A DNA stretch of 64,000 nucleotides from an uncultured Actinomycetes bacterium. Lineage in GTDB: Bacteria; Actinomycetota; Thermoleophilia; Gaiellales; Gaiellaceae. The first letter of the stretch is position 1; every line of letters starts with the position of its first letter. The notes beneath the pieces are model-generated. The model searched no databases, had not been told where the DNA came from, and saw nothing but the letters and a program-made list of their open reading frames with translations. The stretch is from contig CAWFVN010000038.1 in the NCBI GenBank assembly GCA_963819225.1, positions 1,886 to 65,885 of the forward strand, read 5' to 3'. Position numbers and translations under genes: made by a program. Positions 21,224-31,569 of the stretch are shown here, piece after piece.

Positions 21224-22350
21224 CGGGGTCGGAACCCTAACGGCGGTGTGGGTCGTCGCTGCGCTCCTGCTCTGGCAGCACCGAGGTGCCGGGCGGGCTG
21301 GACGTTCAACCGACGCTCGCGCCGTTCGCCGCTCTCGACCTCGCGCGTGCAGAGCGCCACGACTCGGTGCTGCGCCTGCTCGCACTCGGTGCGCTCGCCG
21401 CTGAGCTCGTGGCGCTCGTTGCGTTGTCGCGCGTGCGACTGCCGCTGCGCGGGCCTGCGCTCCTTCGCGCCGCCGAGGTCGGCGTGTTCGCCGCGGCCGC
21501 GCTGCTCGTCGCGCGTCTGCCGTTCGGGCTCGCGACGCTCTGGTGGCAGCGGCGCTACGGGATCGCCGAGCTCGGCTACGGCACGTGGCTCTTCGACCTG
21601 CTCGGGCCGCTCGTCGTGCGCGCGGCGCTGCTCGGGTTCGCGTGCGCCGCCTGCCTCTGGCTCGCGAGACGGTTCGGGCCGCGCTGGTGGCTCGCGGCCG
21701 CGCCGGTGTTCGTCGCGGTCGGCGTCGCCGTGATCGTCGTGCAGCCGCTGCTCAGCCCACGGCTCGAGCCCGTGCGGCGTCCCGCCGTCGTCCGGCAGGT
21801 CGAGGAGCTCGCGGCCCGCGAGGGACTGCCGCGGCCGGAGGTCGAGGTGCGCCGCACGCGCGGACGCACGCGCCTCCTGAACGCGGAAGCGCTCGGGATC
21901 GGGCCGACGACGCGCGTGATCCTCTGGGAGTCGACGCTCGCGCTGCCCGCGGCCGAGCGAGCGTTCCTCGTCGCGCACGAGCTCGCCCACGTGCAGCGCA
22001 AGCACCTCTGGAAGGGGCTCGCGTGGTTCGTGCTGCTGGTCGTGCCGGCGCTCGCGCTGCTGGCCCGGCTCGCGCCGCTACGAGCGCCCGAGGACGTCCC
22101 GCGCGCGCTGCTGATCGCGTTCGTGCTCCTGCTCGTCGCGACCCCGATCGTCAACGCGATCTCTCGGCGCTACGAGGCGGAGGCGGACTGGATCGCGCTC
22201 GAGACGACGCGCGATCCCGGCGCGCGCGAAGCGCTTCTTCGCCGATCTCGCCGAGGCGGGCGTCCGCGACCCGAGCCCGCCGCGCTGGTGGACGCTTCCC
22301 TTCGGAACGCACCCGACGCTCGCCGAGCGCGCCGGGATGGCCGACGCTAG
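21207..22350 (+). CDS. M48-family (HtpX/Ste24-like) zinc metallopeptidase, membrane-bound (2-3 apparent frameshifts, both ends uncertain)
   Basis: HELAHVQRKH zinc motif with multiple TM helices. The C-terminal FGTHPTLAERAGM only reads after a shift near 22238, and in that frame the stop is TGA 22376-22378. The N-terminus (21207 or 21248) needs a shift near 21285. Confidence 0.65.
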
Positions 22351-22637
22351 TGGTCGTCGGTCTCGGGAAGGTCCCTGATGCCCTGGGCGGTCGAGTAGCG
22401 CGACCAGGAGTCGTTCATCGCGTCCAGGAGCTCGCGCATGAACTGCGGCGCCATGTTGATCCGGGAGACGACGACGCCGGGCACGTCGCCCTCCTCGACC
22501 TCGTGGTCGATCCGCGCGAAGGTGATCGTGAACTCGTAGCTCGAGAAGCTGACGTTGGCGAAGTTCGAGTAGACGCCCGCGAGGTGCTCGGGGTCGAGGT
22601 GGATGTTCAGATGCCGCTCTTGTGCCTCGTCGTCCAC
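22347..22637 (-). CDS. DUF3467-family protein
   Basis: GTG at 22635-22637, at the 3' end of the antisense ORF 22347-24245; 96 aa. LNIHLDPEHLAGVYSNFANVSFSSYEFTITFARID...MAPQFMRELLDAMNDSWSRY matches the GVYSN...S.yEF..dF pattern I associate with DUF3467. Confidence 0.65.
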   Translation of the reverse strand: MDDEAQERHLNIHLDPEHLAGVYSNFANVSFSSYEFTITFARIDHEVEEGDVPGVVVSRINMAPQFMRELLDAMNDSWSRYSTAQGIRDLPETDDH

Positions 22638-22658
22638 TCTGCTCCTACGATACAGCCC

Positions 22659-24182
22659 ATGTCTCCGACGAATGCCGTCACGCGCCTCGCCGCAGAGGTC
22701 GAAGAAGCGGCCGGATCCCCGGTCGAGCTCGAGCGTCCCTCGGACGCCTCGCACGGCGACTACGCGACGAACGTCGCGCTTCGACTCGCCCCGCAGCGGC
22801 GGCAGTCGCCGCGCGATCTCGCCCAGGAGCTCGCCGACGCCGTCTCGTCGAGCCCGCGCGTCGAGCGCGCGGAGGTCGCGGGGCCGGGCTTCGTCAACCT
22901 GTGGGTCGCGCGCGAGTGGTACCGCGACGCGCTCGCCGAGATCCTCGCGGCCGGAAGCGACTACGGGGCCGGCTGGGCGGCGCCGCGCGAGCGCTTCCAG
23001 GTCGAGGCCGTCTCTGCGAACCCGACCGGCCCGATCACCGTCGCGGCGGCGCGGAACGGCGCGTACGGCGACTCGGTCGCGCGGCTCCTCTCGTTCGCCG
23101 GCCACGACGTCGAGCGCGAGTACTACTACAACGACTCCGGCGCGCAGATGGACCGCTTCCGCGAGTCGGTCGAGGCAGTGCGACGTGGCGAGGAGCCGCC
23201 GGAGGACGGCTACCGGGGCGACTACGTCCACGAGCTCGCGGCGACCGACGGCGACCCGGTGCCGAAGATGCTCGAGCAGATCGAGGCGTCGCTCGAGCGC
23301 TTCCGCATCCACTTCGACTCGTGGGCGCTCCAGAGCGAGCTCCAGAAGCGGCTGCCGGAGGTCCTCCCGAAGATCGACACCTACGAGAAGGACGGCGCGC
23401 TCTGGGCGCGTTCGTCGGAGTACGGCGACGAGGACGACCGCGTGATCCTGCGCTCCGACGGCCGCACGCCGACCTACCGCGCCGCCGACATCGTCTACCT
23501 CGTCGACAAGCTCGAGCGCGGCTTCGATCACGCGCTCTACGTGCTCGGCGCCGACCACCACGGCACGCGCAACTGGTACGCCGCGGTCGCGCGCATGCTC
23601 GGGTACGACCCCGAGCGCGTCGAGGTGCTGCTCTACCAGCTCGTCCACCTCACGCGCGGCGGCGAGCAGACGAAGATGTCCAAGCGGCGCGGCGACGTCG
23701 TCTTCCTCGACGAGTTCGTCGACGAGGTCGGCGTCGACGCGGCGCGCTGGTACCTCGTCTCGCGCGGGCACGACCAGACGATCGAGATCGACGTCGACCT
23801 CGCGCGCGAGAAGTCCGAGAAGAACCCGGTCTACTACGTGCAGTACGCGCACGCGCGGATCGCGGGGATCCTCCGCAACGTCGAGGGCGTCGAGCCGAGC
23901 GCCGACCCGCCGGGCGAGCTCGCGCGGGAGGAGCGCGACCTCGTCAAGCGGCTCGCGGAGTTCCCCGGGGTCGTCGCCGAGGCGACGGAGCGCCGCGCGC
24001 CGCACGCGCTGCCGAACTACGCGATCCGCGTCGCCGACGACTTCCACCGCTTCTACCACCATCACCGCGTGATCGACGACGGAGAGGTGCAGCCGTTCCG
24101 CCTCGGCCTCGTCGTGGCGACGAAGGCGGTGATCGCACGCAGCCTCGACCTGATCGGCGTCGAAGCACCCGACCGCATGTGA
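22659..24182 (+). CDS. argS: arginine--tRNA ligase
   Basis: ATG at 22659 inside ORF 21543-24182; 507 aa. SANPTGPITVAAARNG is the HIGH-region equivalent. LGADHHG, the KMSKRRG-like TKMSKRRGD and the anticodon-binding DALR domain (NPVYYVQYAHARI) are present. Confidence 0.95.
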   Translation: MSPTNAVTRLAAEVEEAAGSPVELERPSDASHGDYATNVALRLAPQRRQSPRDLAQELADAVSSSPRVERAEVAGPGFVNLWVAREWYRDALAEILAAGSDYGAGWAAPRERFQVEAVSANPTGPITVAAARNGAYGDSVARLLSFAGHDVEREYYYNDSGAQMDRFRESVEAVRRGEEPPEDGYRGDYVHELAATDGDPVPKMLEQIEASLERFRIHFDSWALQSELQKRLPEVLPKIDTYEKDGALWARSSEYGDEDDRVILRSDGRTPTYRAADIVYLVDKLERGFDHALYVLGADHHGTRNWYAAVARMLGYDPERVEVLLYQLVHLTRGGEQTKMSKRRGDVVFLDEFVDEVGVDAARWYLVSRGHDQTIEIDVDLAREKSEKNPVYYVQYAHARIAGILRNVEGVEPSADPPGELAREERDLVKRLAEFPGVVAEATERRAPHALPNYAIRVADDFHRFYHHHRVIDDGEVQPFRLGLVVATKAVIARSLDLIGVEAPDRM

Positions 24183-24186
24183 CCGC

Positions 24187-25078
24187 TTGAGGTGGAAGCT
24201 CGCCGTCGCGGCGCTCGCCACGTCGTGGGGGCTGATCGCGGTCATCGTCCGGAAGGTCGACCTCGACGCGCAGGTGCTCGTCGTTCTACCGGCTCGCCTT
24301 CGCCGCGGTGACGCTCGTGCTCGTCGCGGCGGCGCTCCGCCGGCTCGCGCTGCTGCGGTTGACGCGGCATCGCGGAGGCGTCGTGCTGATCGGCGTCACG
24401 CTCGCAGCGCACTGGTTCCTCTACTTCGTGACGATCAAGCTCTCGTCGGTCGCGGTCGCGGTGCTGATGGCGTACCTCGCCCCGATCGCGATCGCGCTGC
24501 TCGCTCCGTTCGTCCTGCCCGAGCGCCGAAGCCGAGTCGCGCTCGTCGCGCTGCTGCCGGCCGCGGCGGGTGTCGCGCTGGTCGCGTTCGGTGGGGAGGA
24601 GGGCGGAGCGGTTCGGCCGCTCGCGCTCGTCACGGGGCTGTTCACCGCGGCGACGTACGCCGCGCTCGTGCTGATGACCAAGCGGATCGTCTCCGACGTG
24701 CCCGTGCTGACGCTCTCGTTCTGGAACTACGCGATCGCGGCGGTCGCGATCTCGCCGCTGCTCCTCGACGCGGACCGGGTTCTGCCGACCGCGAACGAGC
24801 TGCCTGCGGTGCTCGCGCTCGGCGTCGTCTTCACCGCGCTCTCCGGCTACCTCTACATCTGGTCGCTGCGCCACGTGACCGCGCAGGCGATCGGGATCCT
24901 GGCGTACATCGAGCCGGTCTCGGCCGCGCTGATGGCCTGGGCGTTCCTCGGCGAGTCGCTCAACTGGCAGATCGTCGTCGGCGGCGTGCTCGTGATCGCC
25001 GCGGGCGCGACGGTGGTCTTCCTGGAGCCTGAGGACGCAGCCACGCCGGAGGTCGTTCCCCTAGGATCACGGTCGTGA
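24187..25078 (+). CDS. EamA/DMT-family transporter (one apparent frameshift)
   Basis: TTG at 24187. About 10 TM helices. A frame change near 24285 joins ORF 24187-25032 to ORF 24308-25078. Typical EamA segments are present ([46 protein letters not shown]). Confidence 0.7.
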
Positions 25079-26106
25079 CGCAGGCCTTCGAGACCAGCGA
25101 GCGGGCGGGCGGCGCGGGCACACCGCCCGACAGGAACCTCGCGCTCGAGCTCGTGCGGGTCACCGAGGCCGCCGCGATGGGCGCCGGACGCTGGATCGGA
25201 CGCGGCGACAAGATCGCCGCCGACCAGGCCGCCGTCGACGGGATGCGGCTGATGCTCGACACCGTGCAGATGGACGGCGTCGTCGTGATCGGCGAGGGGG
25301 AGAAGGACGAGGCGCCGATGCTCTTCAACGGCGAGTCGATCGGGTCGGGCTTCGGGCCTGCGGTGGACGTCGCCGTCGACCCGCTCGAGGGCACGCGCCT
25401 CACCGCGCTCGGGCAAGCGAACGCGATCGCCGTGATCGCGGTCGCCGAGCGCGGGCACGATGTTCTTCCCGGGCGCCGCGGTCTACATGGACAAGATCGC
25501 CACCGGGCCCTGAGGCAGCCGATGCGATCGACATCAACGCCACGCCGGAGCAGAACGTGCAACGCGTCGCCGAGGCGAAGGGCAAGCAGCCGCGCGACGT
25601 GACGGTGATCGTGCTCGAGCGCGACCGCCACGAGCAGCTGATCGAAGACCTGCGCAAGGCGGGAGCGCGCGTCGTGCTGATCCGCGACGGCGACGTCGCG
25701 CCGGCGATCGCGGCCGCGCACGGCGGCATCGCGGACGTCGACCTGCTGATGGGGATCGGCGGCACACCGGAGGGCGTCATCGCAGCCGCCGCGATCAAGT
25801 GCCTCGGCGGCGCGCTCCAGGGCAAGCTCTGGCCGCGCGACGACGACGAGAAGCAGCGCCTCGTCGACGCGGGCTACGACGTCGAGCGCGTGCTGACGAC
25901 CGACGACCTCGTCGCGGGGGAGGACGTCTTCGTCGCTGCGACCGGTGTGACGTCCGGCGCGCTGCTGCGCGGCGTGCGCTACACGCAGCGACAAGGTGAT
26001 CACCGAGTCGATGGTGATGCGCTCACGTTCCGGGACGGTCCGGCGGATCGAGGCCGAGCACGCCTTCGAGAAGCTCTCCCGCCTGTCCGGTCTCGACTAC
26101 CGCTAG
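25075..26106 (+). CDS. glpX: class II fructose-1,6-bisphosphatase (GlpX type) (about 3 apparent frameshifts)
   Basis: GTG at 25075 overlaps the upstream stop (GTGA). [56 protein letters not shown] and the C-terminal VRRIEAEH are present. Shifts occur near 25455, 25510 and 26000. Stop at 26104-26106. Confidence 0.85.
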
Positions 26107-27124
26107 ACCGACGCCGTCTCCATCTCCGGCGCGTAGGCGCCCGAGCGCGCGGCGCTGTTCAGCTTCGCGCGGCGCAGGTACGCCTGCTGGCCCGCCTCGA
26201 CGTTCGAGCCCGACCACGCCTTCAGCGCCGGAGCCTGCAGCGCGCGCCCGTACGAGAACGAGAGCTCCCACGGGTGCGGGCCGCGCGCGTTCATCGCGTT
26301 GAGGTGCGCGGTCGCGTCCTCGTCCGACTGGCCGCCGGAGAGGAAGACGATCCCCGGCACCGCTGCCGGGACGTGGCGGTAGAAGACGTCGAGCGTCCGC
26401 TCGGCGACCTCGTCGACGCCCGCGCGGTCCGACGCCTCGTAGCCGGACATGACCATGTTCGGCTTGAGCAGCGTTCCGCGGTAGTCGATCCGCTGGTCGC
26501 GCAGCTCGGTGTAGACCGCCTGGAGCACGCGACCCGTCGCCTTCGCCGACTCGTCGATCGTGTGCGCGCCGTCCTGCAGCACCTCCGGCTCGACGATCGG
26601 GACGATGCCTGCCTCCTGGCAGAGCGCCGCGTAGCGCGCGAGCGCGTGCGCGTTCGTCCAGACGCAGTACTCGCTCGGAAGGTGATCGCCGATCGAGTAG
26701 GTCGCGCGCCACTTCGCGAAGCGCGCGCCGAGCGCGCGGTACTCCTCGAGCCGGCCGCGCAGCCCGTCGAGCCCCTCGGTGATCGTCTCGCTCGTCCGCC
26801 AGCGCGAGCGGCTTCGCGCCGAGGTCGACCTTGATCCCGGGAATGACCCCCTTGGACGCGAGCAGCTCCGGGAACGGCGTCCCGTCCGAGGCCTTCTGGC
26901 GGATCGTCTCGTCGTAGAGGATCACGCCGGAGATGTAGTCCTCGACCCCTTCGGTCGTGAAGAGCAGCTCGCGGTAGGCGCGGCGGTTGTCCTCCGTCGA
27001 CTCGACGTCGATCGAGTCGAAGCGCTTCTTGATCGTGCCGTCGCTCTCGTCCGCGGCCAGGATCCCCTTCCCGGGCGCGACGAGGGCTCTGGCGGTGAGC
27101 TCGAGCTCGGGTGCGGTCGGTCAT
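26103..27124 (-). CDS. fda: class I (Schiff-base, eukaryote-type) fructose-bisphosphate aldolase (at least 2 apparent frameshifts)
   Basis: ATG at 27122-27124 follows [40 protein letters not shown] (Schiff-base Lys) and VFLSGGQS, with C-terminal SFSYGRALQ. Stitched from ORFs 26291-27157, 26023-26925 and 26103-26582. Confidence 0.85.
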
Positions 27125-27261
27125 CGTTTTCCCCTCCGGAAGTCGTCTGCGGTTCAAGTATTGCGCTTCCCTTGAGCCGACCGACCGCTTACGATCCCGA
27201 GCCGAGGGGCCACGCTGCGGCGGCGGCCCCTCGCTTCGTCCGGGCTAGAATTGCCGACCAC

Positions 27262-27334
27262 GCGGGCGTAGCTCAGTTGGTAGAGCATCAGCTTCCCAAG
27301 CTGAGGGTCGTGGGTTCGAGCCCCATCGCCCGCT
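27262..27334 (+). tRNA. tRNA-Gly (anticodon CCC)
   Basis: Manual cloverleaf. Acceptor GCGGGCG/CGCCCGC, D arm GCTC-AGTTGGTA-GAGC, anticodon stem TCAGC/GCTGA with loop TTCCCAA, T arm GTGGG-TTCGAGC-CCCAT, discriminator T. No CCA is encoded. Confidence 0.9.
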
Positions 27335-27338
27335 CTCA

Positions 27339-27373
27339 CGAAAGCCCCGCAGCCGTGGGGCTTTCGTCGTTTC
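27339..27373 (+). terminator. rho-independent terminator after tRNA-Gly
   Basis: 10-bp perfect stem CGAAAGCCCC/GGGGCTTTCG with an 8-nt loop, followed by TCGTTTC. Confidence 0.7.
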
Positions 27374-27608
27374 AGGCGTGCGCGGTGTCGCGCTGTTCGG
27401 CGGGATTGGCAAGTCGATTGGCAAGTCGCCCACCGCTCCGGTGATCGCGCTCGAGCGGGAAAGTGCAACGATTTGGCCTAAGGCCAGAATCGCCACTGAC
27501 GAAGGTCTAGACGCGCTAGGCGGAGCCTTTCGCAGCGCGCTTGAACGCAATTGTGAGGTCTTGTAGCGTCCGCGTTCAGCTTTTGAGCGACCGCGAGGAG
27601 GGGCAAAG

Positions 27609-28299
27609 ATGGCCGACGACCAGAGGCATGCCCGGATATTCGGAGTGCTGTTCATCATCACGTTCCTCACGTCGATTCCGGCGTACCTGATCTTCGAGTC
27701 GGTTCTCGACGACCCGGCCGGGTTCATCGGCGGCGACGGGGGGATGGGCTGGCTCTACTTCGCAATCCTGCTCGAGTTCTTCCTCGTCCTCTCGAACGTC
27801 GGGACGGGCGTCGTCCTCTATCCGATCGCGAGGCGGCAAAACGAAGGCCTCGCGATCGGCTTCGTCGCGGCTCGAATCATCGAGTCCGTCTTCATCGCGG
27901 TCGGGATCATCTTCGTGCTCGGGCTCGTGACTATGCGCCTGGACGGTTTCGGCACGCGCCGACATGGCCGCCTCGCTGAAGGACCTCAAGGACTGGACGT
28001 TCCTGTTCGGCCCCGGACTCATCGTTCCGTTCGGAAACGGGCTGATTCTCGGTTATCTCATGTACAGGTCGGGCCTCGTCCCACGGCGCATGGCCTGGCT
28101 AGGACTGATCGGAGGCCCGATCGTCTTCTTCTCGAACCTCGGCGTCATGTTCGAGTGGTGGGAGATGAGCACGGTGATGATCCTCGTGCTCCCGGAGGCG
28201 ATCTGGGAGTTGTTCCTCGGCTTCTACTGCGCGATCTGCGGCTTCAGGCGGGACTCGCCAATCGTCCGCCCGAACTGGCGCGGCGATGCAGTCGCCTGA
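27609..28299 (+). CDS. DUF4386-family membrane protein (one apparent frameshift)
   Basis: ATG at 27609, 6 nt after GAGGAGGGG. ARIFGVLFIITFLTSIPAYLIF...LLEFFLVLSNVGTGVVLYPI. A frame change near 27960 leads to ORF 27964-28299 (LMYRSGLVPRRMAWLGLIGGPIVFFSNL). Confidence 0.6.
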
Positions 28300-29016
28300 C
28301 GCTCTCCCAACTCACATGGCAGCGACTGCTGGCCCTGTCCGGCGTCGCATTCGCGGTGCTCTTCGTCATCGGCTGGTTCGTCAGCGGTGGCGACGCGCCC
28401 GGACTACAGGCGCATCGGATCAGGACTGGACAACTGGGCGGATGACAACCAGTGGAAGAGCCGTATCGGCGCGATTCCTGATGCTGCTCGCAGGCTTCGT
28501 GTTCCTGCACTTCGCGGGGACGATCCGAAGCGTCCTCGGGAGCGCGGAGGCCACGGTTCGCGGCTCTGCGCAACTCGCGCGCGCCGCGTTCGCCGGTGCC
28601 GTCACCGGGCATGACGGGCATCACCATGGCCATCGTCATGATCTCTGCTGCGGCTACTGAGGGTGCCGACGCGAACCCCGTCGTGACGCAGAGCGGTGGC
28701 CAGAGCGTCGGCCGGGCCATTCTTGGTCGCCGCCATGGGCTTTGCCGTGTTGCTCGGCGGCTGCTGGACTGTTGACGCTGCGCAGCGGCGTCTTCGCCGC
28801 TGGACGGGCATCGTGGCGCTGATCGGCGCGGTTGCGTTCCTCATCACGTTCCTCGCAGCTCATCGCGGGCATCGAGCGAAGACAGCGTGTTCGGCTACGG
28901 CTTTCTTCCCGGCATCTTGGCGCTCGCGATCTGGTCAATCGCGACGAGCATCGCCAGATACCGCGCGGCGGCGACCCGCTGCTCGCGACGTCGTCGCGAC
29001 AGAGGCCGACACGTAA
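28286..29016 (+). CDS. membrane protein, unknown function (several apparent frameshifts)
   Basis: Stitched sequence: MQSPDALP..TWQRLLALSGVAFAVLFVIGWFVSGGDAP... NWADDNQWKSRI..FLMLLAGFVFLHFAGTIRSVLGSAEATVRGSAQLARAAFAGAVTG...AGPFLVAAMGFAVLLGG...WTGIVALIGAVAFLITFLAA...FGYGFLPGILALAIWSIATSIARYR. The most plausible stop is TAA 29014-29016, directly before a strong hairpin. Confidence 0.35.
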
Positions 29017-29029
29017 GAAACGCAACGCA

Positions 29030-29057
29030 AACGGCCCGGAGGCGAGGCCGGGCCGTT
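29030..29057. terminator. strong hairpin between convergent genes (bidirectional terminator candidate)
   Basis: 10-bp perfect stem AACGGCCCGG/CCGGGCCGTT with an 8-nt loop. On the minus strand it is followed by TTTGCGTTGCGTTTCTTACG. Confidence 0.55.
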
Positions 29058-29215
29058 GGGTTCCTGCAAGGTAGGTGCGGTGTGGCGAGCTTGGCGGAGC
29101 TCTCTCGAAGCTGCGGCACTTCGAGCCCCAGCACCCTCTGTTGACCTTAGTGTCGGCGCGAAGGGACCGGTCGGCCTACCCTCAAAGGGGGGAACTTGAA
29201 AGCGACAAGGGCCGC

Positions 29216-30119
29216 TCAGGCCGTATCGGAGACCGGGTCGAGCACGGCCGCCGGCGCTTCCGGCGGCACCCGCGGCGCGTCGCGAGCACCGAGCCGACGA
29301 GCACGAGCGCGAACCCCGCGGCCATGCCGGCGGTGAAGTGCTCGTCGAGGATCGCAACTCCGAGCAGCGCGGCAACCGCCGGGTTGATGTACGTGATCAC
29401 GGTCGCGCGAACAGGCCCGACCTCGGCGATCAGCGCGAAGAAGAGCACGAACGCGATCGCGGTGCAGACGACGGCGAGCGCGAGCACCGACCAGATCGCG
29501 CTCCACGGCGGTGGCTCGCTCGGGAGCGTGGCGAGAGCGAACGGCACGAAGGCGACCGCGGTCACCGCGAGCGACACGGAGATCACGCCGAGCGCCGGGA
29601 GATCGGTGAGGTACCGCTGGAGGATCACCGGTCCGACCGCGTAGCAGACCGCCACGAGCGCGACTTCGGAGAGCGGAAGCACGCCGGCGCCTTCGAGGTT
29701 CAGCCCGACGATCGCGGCGACTCCGACGAGACCGAGCACGAGCCCGACCAGGCTCGACCGGCCGAGCCGCTCTCGGTCGCCGCGTCGTCCGCGCGATCAC
29801 GGCGCCGACGAGCGGCACGGCCGCGATGAGCAGCGCCGTCAGCGAGCTCGAGATGTGCTGCTCCGCCGTGCCGAGCAAGACCCACGGGATCGCGATCTCG
29901 ATCGCGGCGAACACGAGCAGCGCGCACCCAGTGGCCCTTCAACGGCCGGAGCTCTCCGCGTGCCGCCGCGATGGGCAACAGCAGCAGCGCCGCGATCGTG
30001 GTTCGTCCGAGCACGAGCACCGCCGGGCTGAGATCCCGGACCGCGACCAGGATCAGGAGGTACGGGATGCCCCAGATCACGGACATCGCGGCGAACAGGA
30101 GCAGCCCGCGTCTCGTCAC
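29216..30119 (-). CDS. EamA/DMT-family transporter (2 apparent frameshifts)
   Basis: GTG at 30117-30119. MTRRGLLLFAAMSVIWGIPYLLI. Stitched from ORFs 29700-30119, 29216-29914 and 29182-29739 (TVITYINPAVAALLGVAILDEHFT). Last frame ends ...VLDPVSDTA. Confidence 0.7.
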
Positions 30120-30177
30120 CGTCCAACGCTACGGGCTCCCGCGTGGGCTGCGCCAGCAGGATTCGGAATAGGGCCGA

Positions 30178-30660
30178 TCAGCTCGGCCAGGCGGCGGCGA
30201 GGCGGCGACGCGTCTCCGCCAGGTGCTCGGGCATCACCTTCACGTCGGCGAGCACCGGCATGAAGCTCGTGTCGCCCTCCCAGCGAGGGACGACGTGCAG
30301 GTGCACGTGGTCGACCACGCCCGCGCCGGCGACGCGACCGAGGTTCCAACCGAGGTTGTGGCCGTCCGGCTTGTAGAGCTCGCCGAGCGCTTCGATTCCC
30401 TGCGCCGCGAGCCGGTGGATCTCGAGCACCTCGTCGTCGGTCAGCTCGCCGTACACGCCGACGTGGCGGTACGGCGCGACCATGAAGTGCCCGGACGAAT
30501 ACGGGAAGCGGTTCAGGAGCGCGAACGCCAGCTCGCCGCGGTGGACGACGAGCGTCTCCTCGTCGTCGCCTTCCTGGGCGAGGCAGAAGACGCAGCCGGG
30601 CTGCTCGTCCGCCGACTGGACGTATTCGAGGCGCCACGGGGCCCAGAGCGGCTTGGTCAC
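30178..30660 (-). CDS. HIT-family nucleotide hydrolase/transferase
   Basis: GTG at 30658-30660, in frame with ORF 30178-30966; 160 aa. Histidine triad HVHLHVVPR. N-terminal WAPWRLEYV and CVFC motif as in the Ap4A-phosphorylase/GalT-like HIT branch. Confidence 0.8.
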   Translation of the reverse strand: MTKPLWAPWRLEYVQSADEQPGCVFCLAQEGDDEETLVVHRGELAFALLNRFPYSSGHFMVAPYRHVGVYGELTDDEVLEIHRLAAQGIEALGELYKPDGHNLGWNLGRVAGAGVVDHVHLHVVPRWEGDTSFMPVLADVKVMPEHLAETRRRLAAAWPS

Positions 30661-30680
30661 GCGGGTATCCAAGCAGCAAG

Positions 30681-30709
30681 TTGACAGGGGGGGCCGACGC
30701 GCGTAAGAA
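30681..30709 (+). promoter_or_regulatory. sigma-70-like promoter candidate for the secreted-paralog cassette
   Basis: TTGACA (30681-30686), a 17-nt spacer, then TAAGAA (30704-30709). GAAAGG lies at 30729-30734 and the ATG at 30740. Confidence 0.4.
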
Positions 30710-30739
30710 GCGGGTCGAAGCCTTCGACGAAAGGTCGTC

Positions 30740-31566
30740 ATGCGTCTCAGGGGTCTCATCGTGATCTCCGTGCTTGCCTTGCTCGTGGCAGCGCCCGCGG
30801 GCGGCCGTCTGCTCGACGTCGGCGAGCTTCCGGATGCGGCCGGCGACGGCTCGCCGGACATCACACGTGTGCGTGTCGGCAGCAACGCGACCGCCGTGAC
30901 GTTCATCGTCGACCTCGCGAACCAGACGAAGCTGGCAGACGAACCAGCTGGCATGTTCATCTTCATCGACTCGGATCTGAACCCGGAGACGGGGAATTGA
31001 AGGCTGTCGAGTTCGTGCTCGGCGATCGTCGCCGGCGAGAGGTCGGGCTTCTTCGCTGGAACGGCCCGCAGTTCGTCGTGTCCGCAGTCGCAGACGGCTT
31101 ACGGGTACCACCACCAGGGCTTCCGGCTCGCCGTTGCGCGGAGCGAGCTCGCGCTGACGACGGGGACGCTTCGCTTCGTCGACGCGTGACCTTCCCCGCT
31201 CGCCAGGCGAGAGACATCGGCGCCCGACAGCAGCTTCGCCGAGTACGCGCTGTCCGAACGCAGCCGCTCACGCTCCAGATCGCTCGCTTCACCGCTGCGA
31301 AGACCGTCGTCGCCGGCAAGCGGTACACGGCGGCGCTCCAGGCGCGCCGTAGCGACCTCGCCGAGCTCTCGAGCGCGGGAGAGGTCATCTGCTCGGCCAA
31401 GGTCGGTGCGAAGAAGGTCAAGGTGACGGCGACCTTCCCGGCCGATCGAGCGACCTGCTCCGGCGTCGTGCCGAAGTCGGCGAAGGGAAAGACGTTGAAG
31501 GTGACGGTGACCCTGACTCTCGACGGCGTGCGTGTCACGCGGACGGCGTCGATCAAGGTCAAGTAG
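30740..31566 (+). CDS. secreted protein of unknown family, paralog A (at least 3 apparent frameshifts)
   Basis: Signal peptide MRLRGLIVISVLALLVAAPAGG. GDGSPDITRVRVGSNATAVTFIVDLANQ...FIFIDSDLNPETG, then LLRWNGPQFVV, APDSSFAEYAL and a C-terminal module IARFTAAKTVVAGKRYTA...CSAKVGAKKVKVTATFPADRATCSGVVPKSAKGKTLKVTVTL. Colinear with 31570-32410. Confidence 0.5.
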
Positions 31567-31569
31567 CAG

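Noticed and set aside
28286-28660. A His-rich tail (VTGHDGHHHGHRHDLCCGY) that suggests a metal-binding protein.
   Set aside because: It appears only in an out-of-frame continuation. The membrane-protein sense (AVTGMTGITMAIVMISAAATEG...) continues in another frame after an indel.
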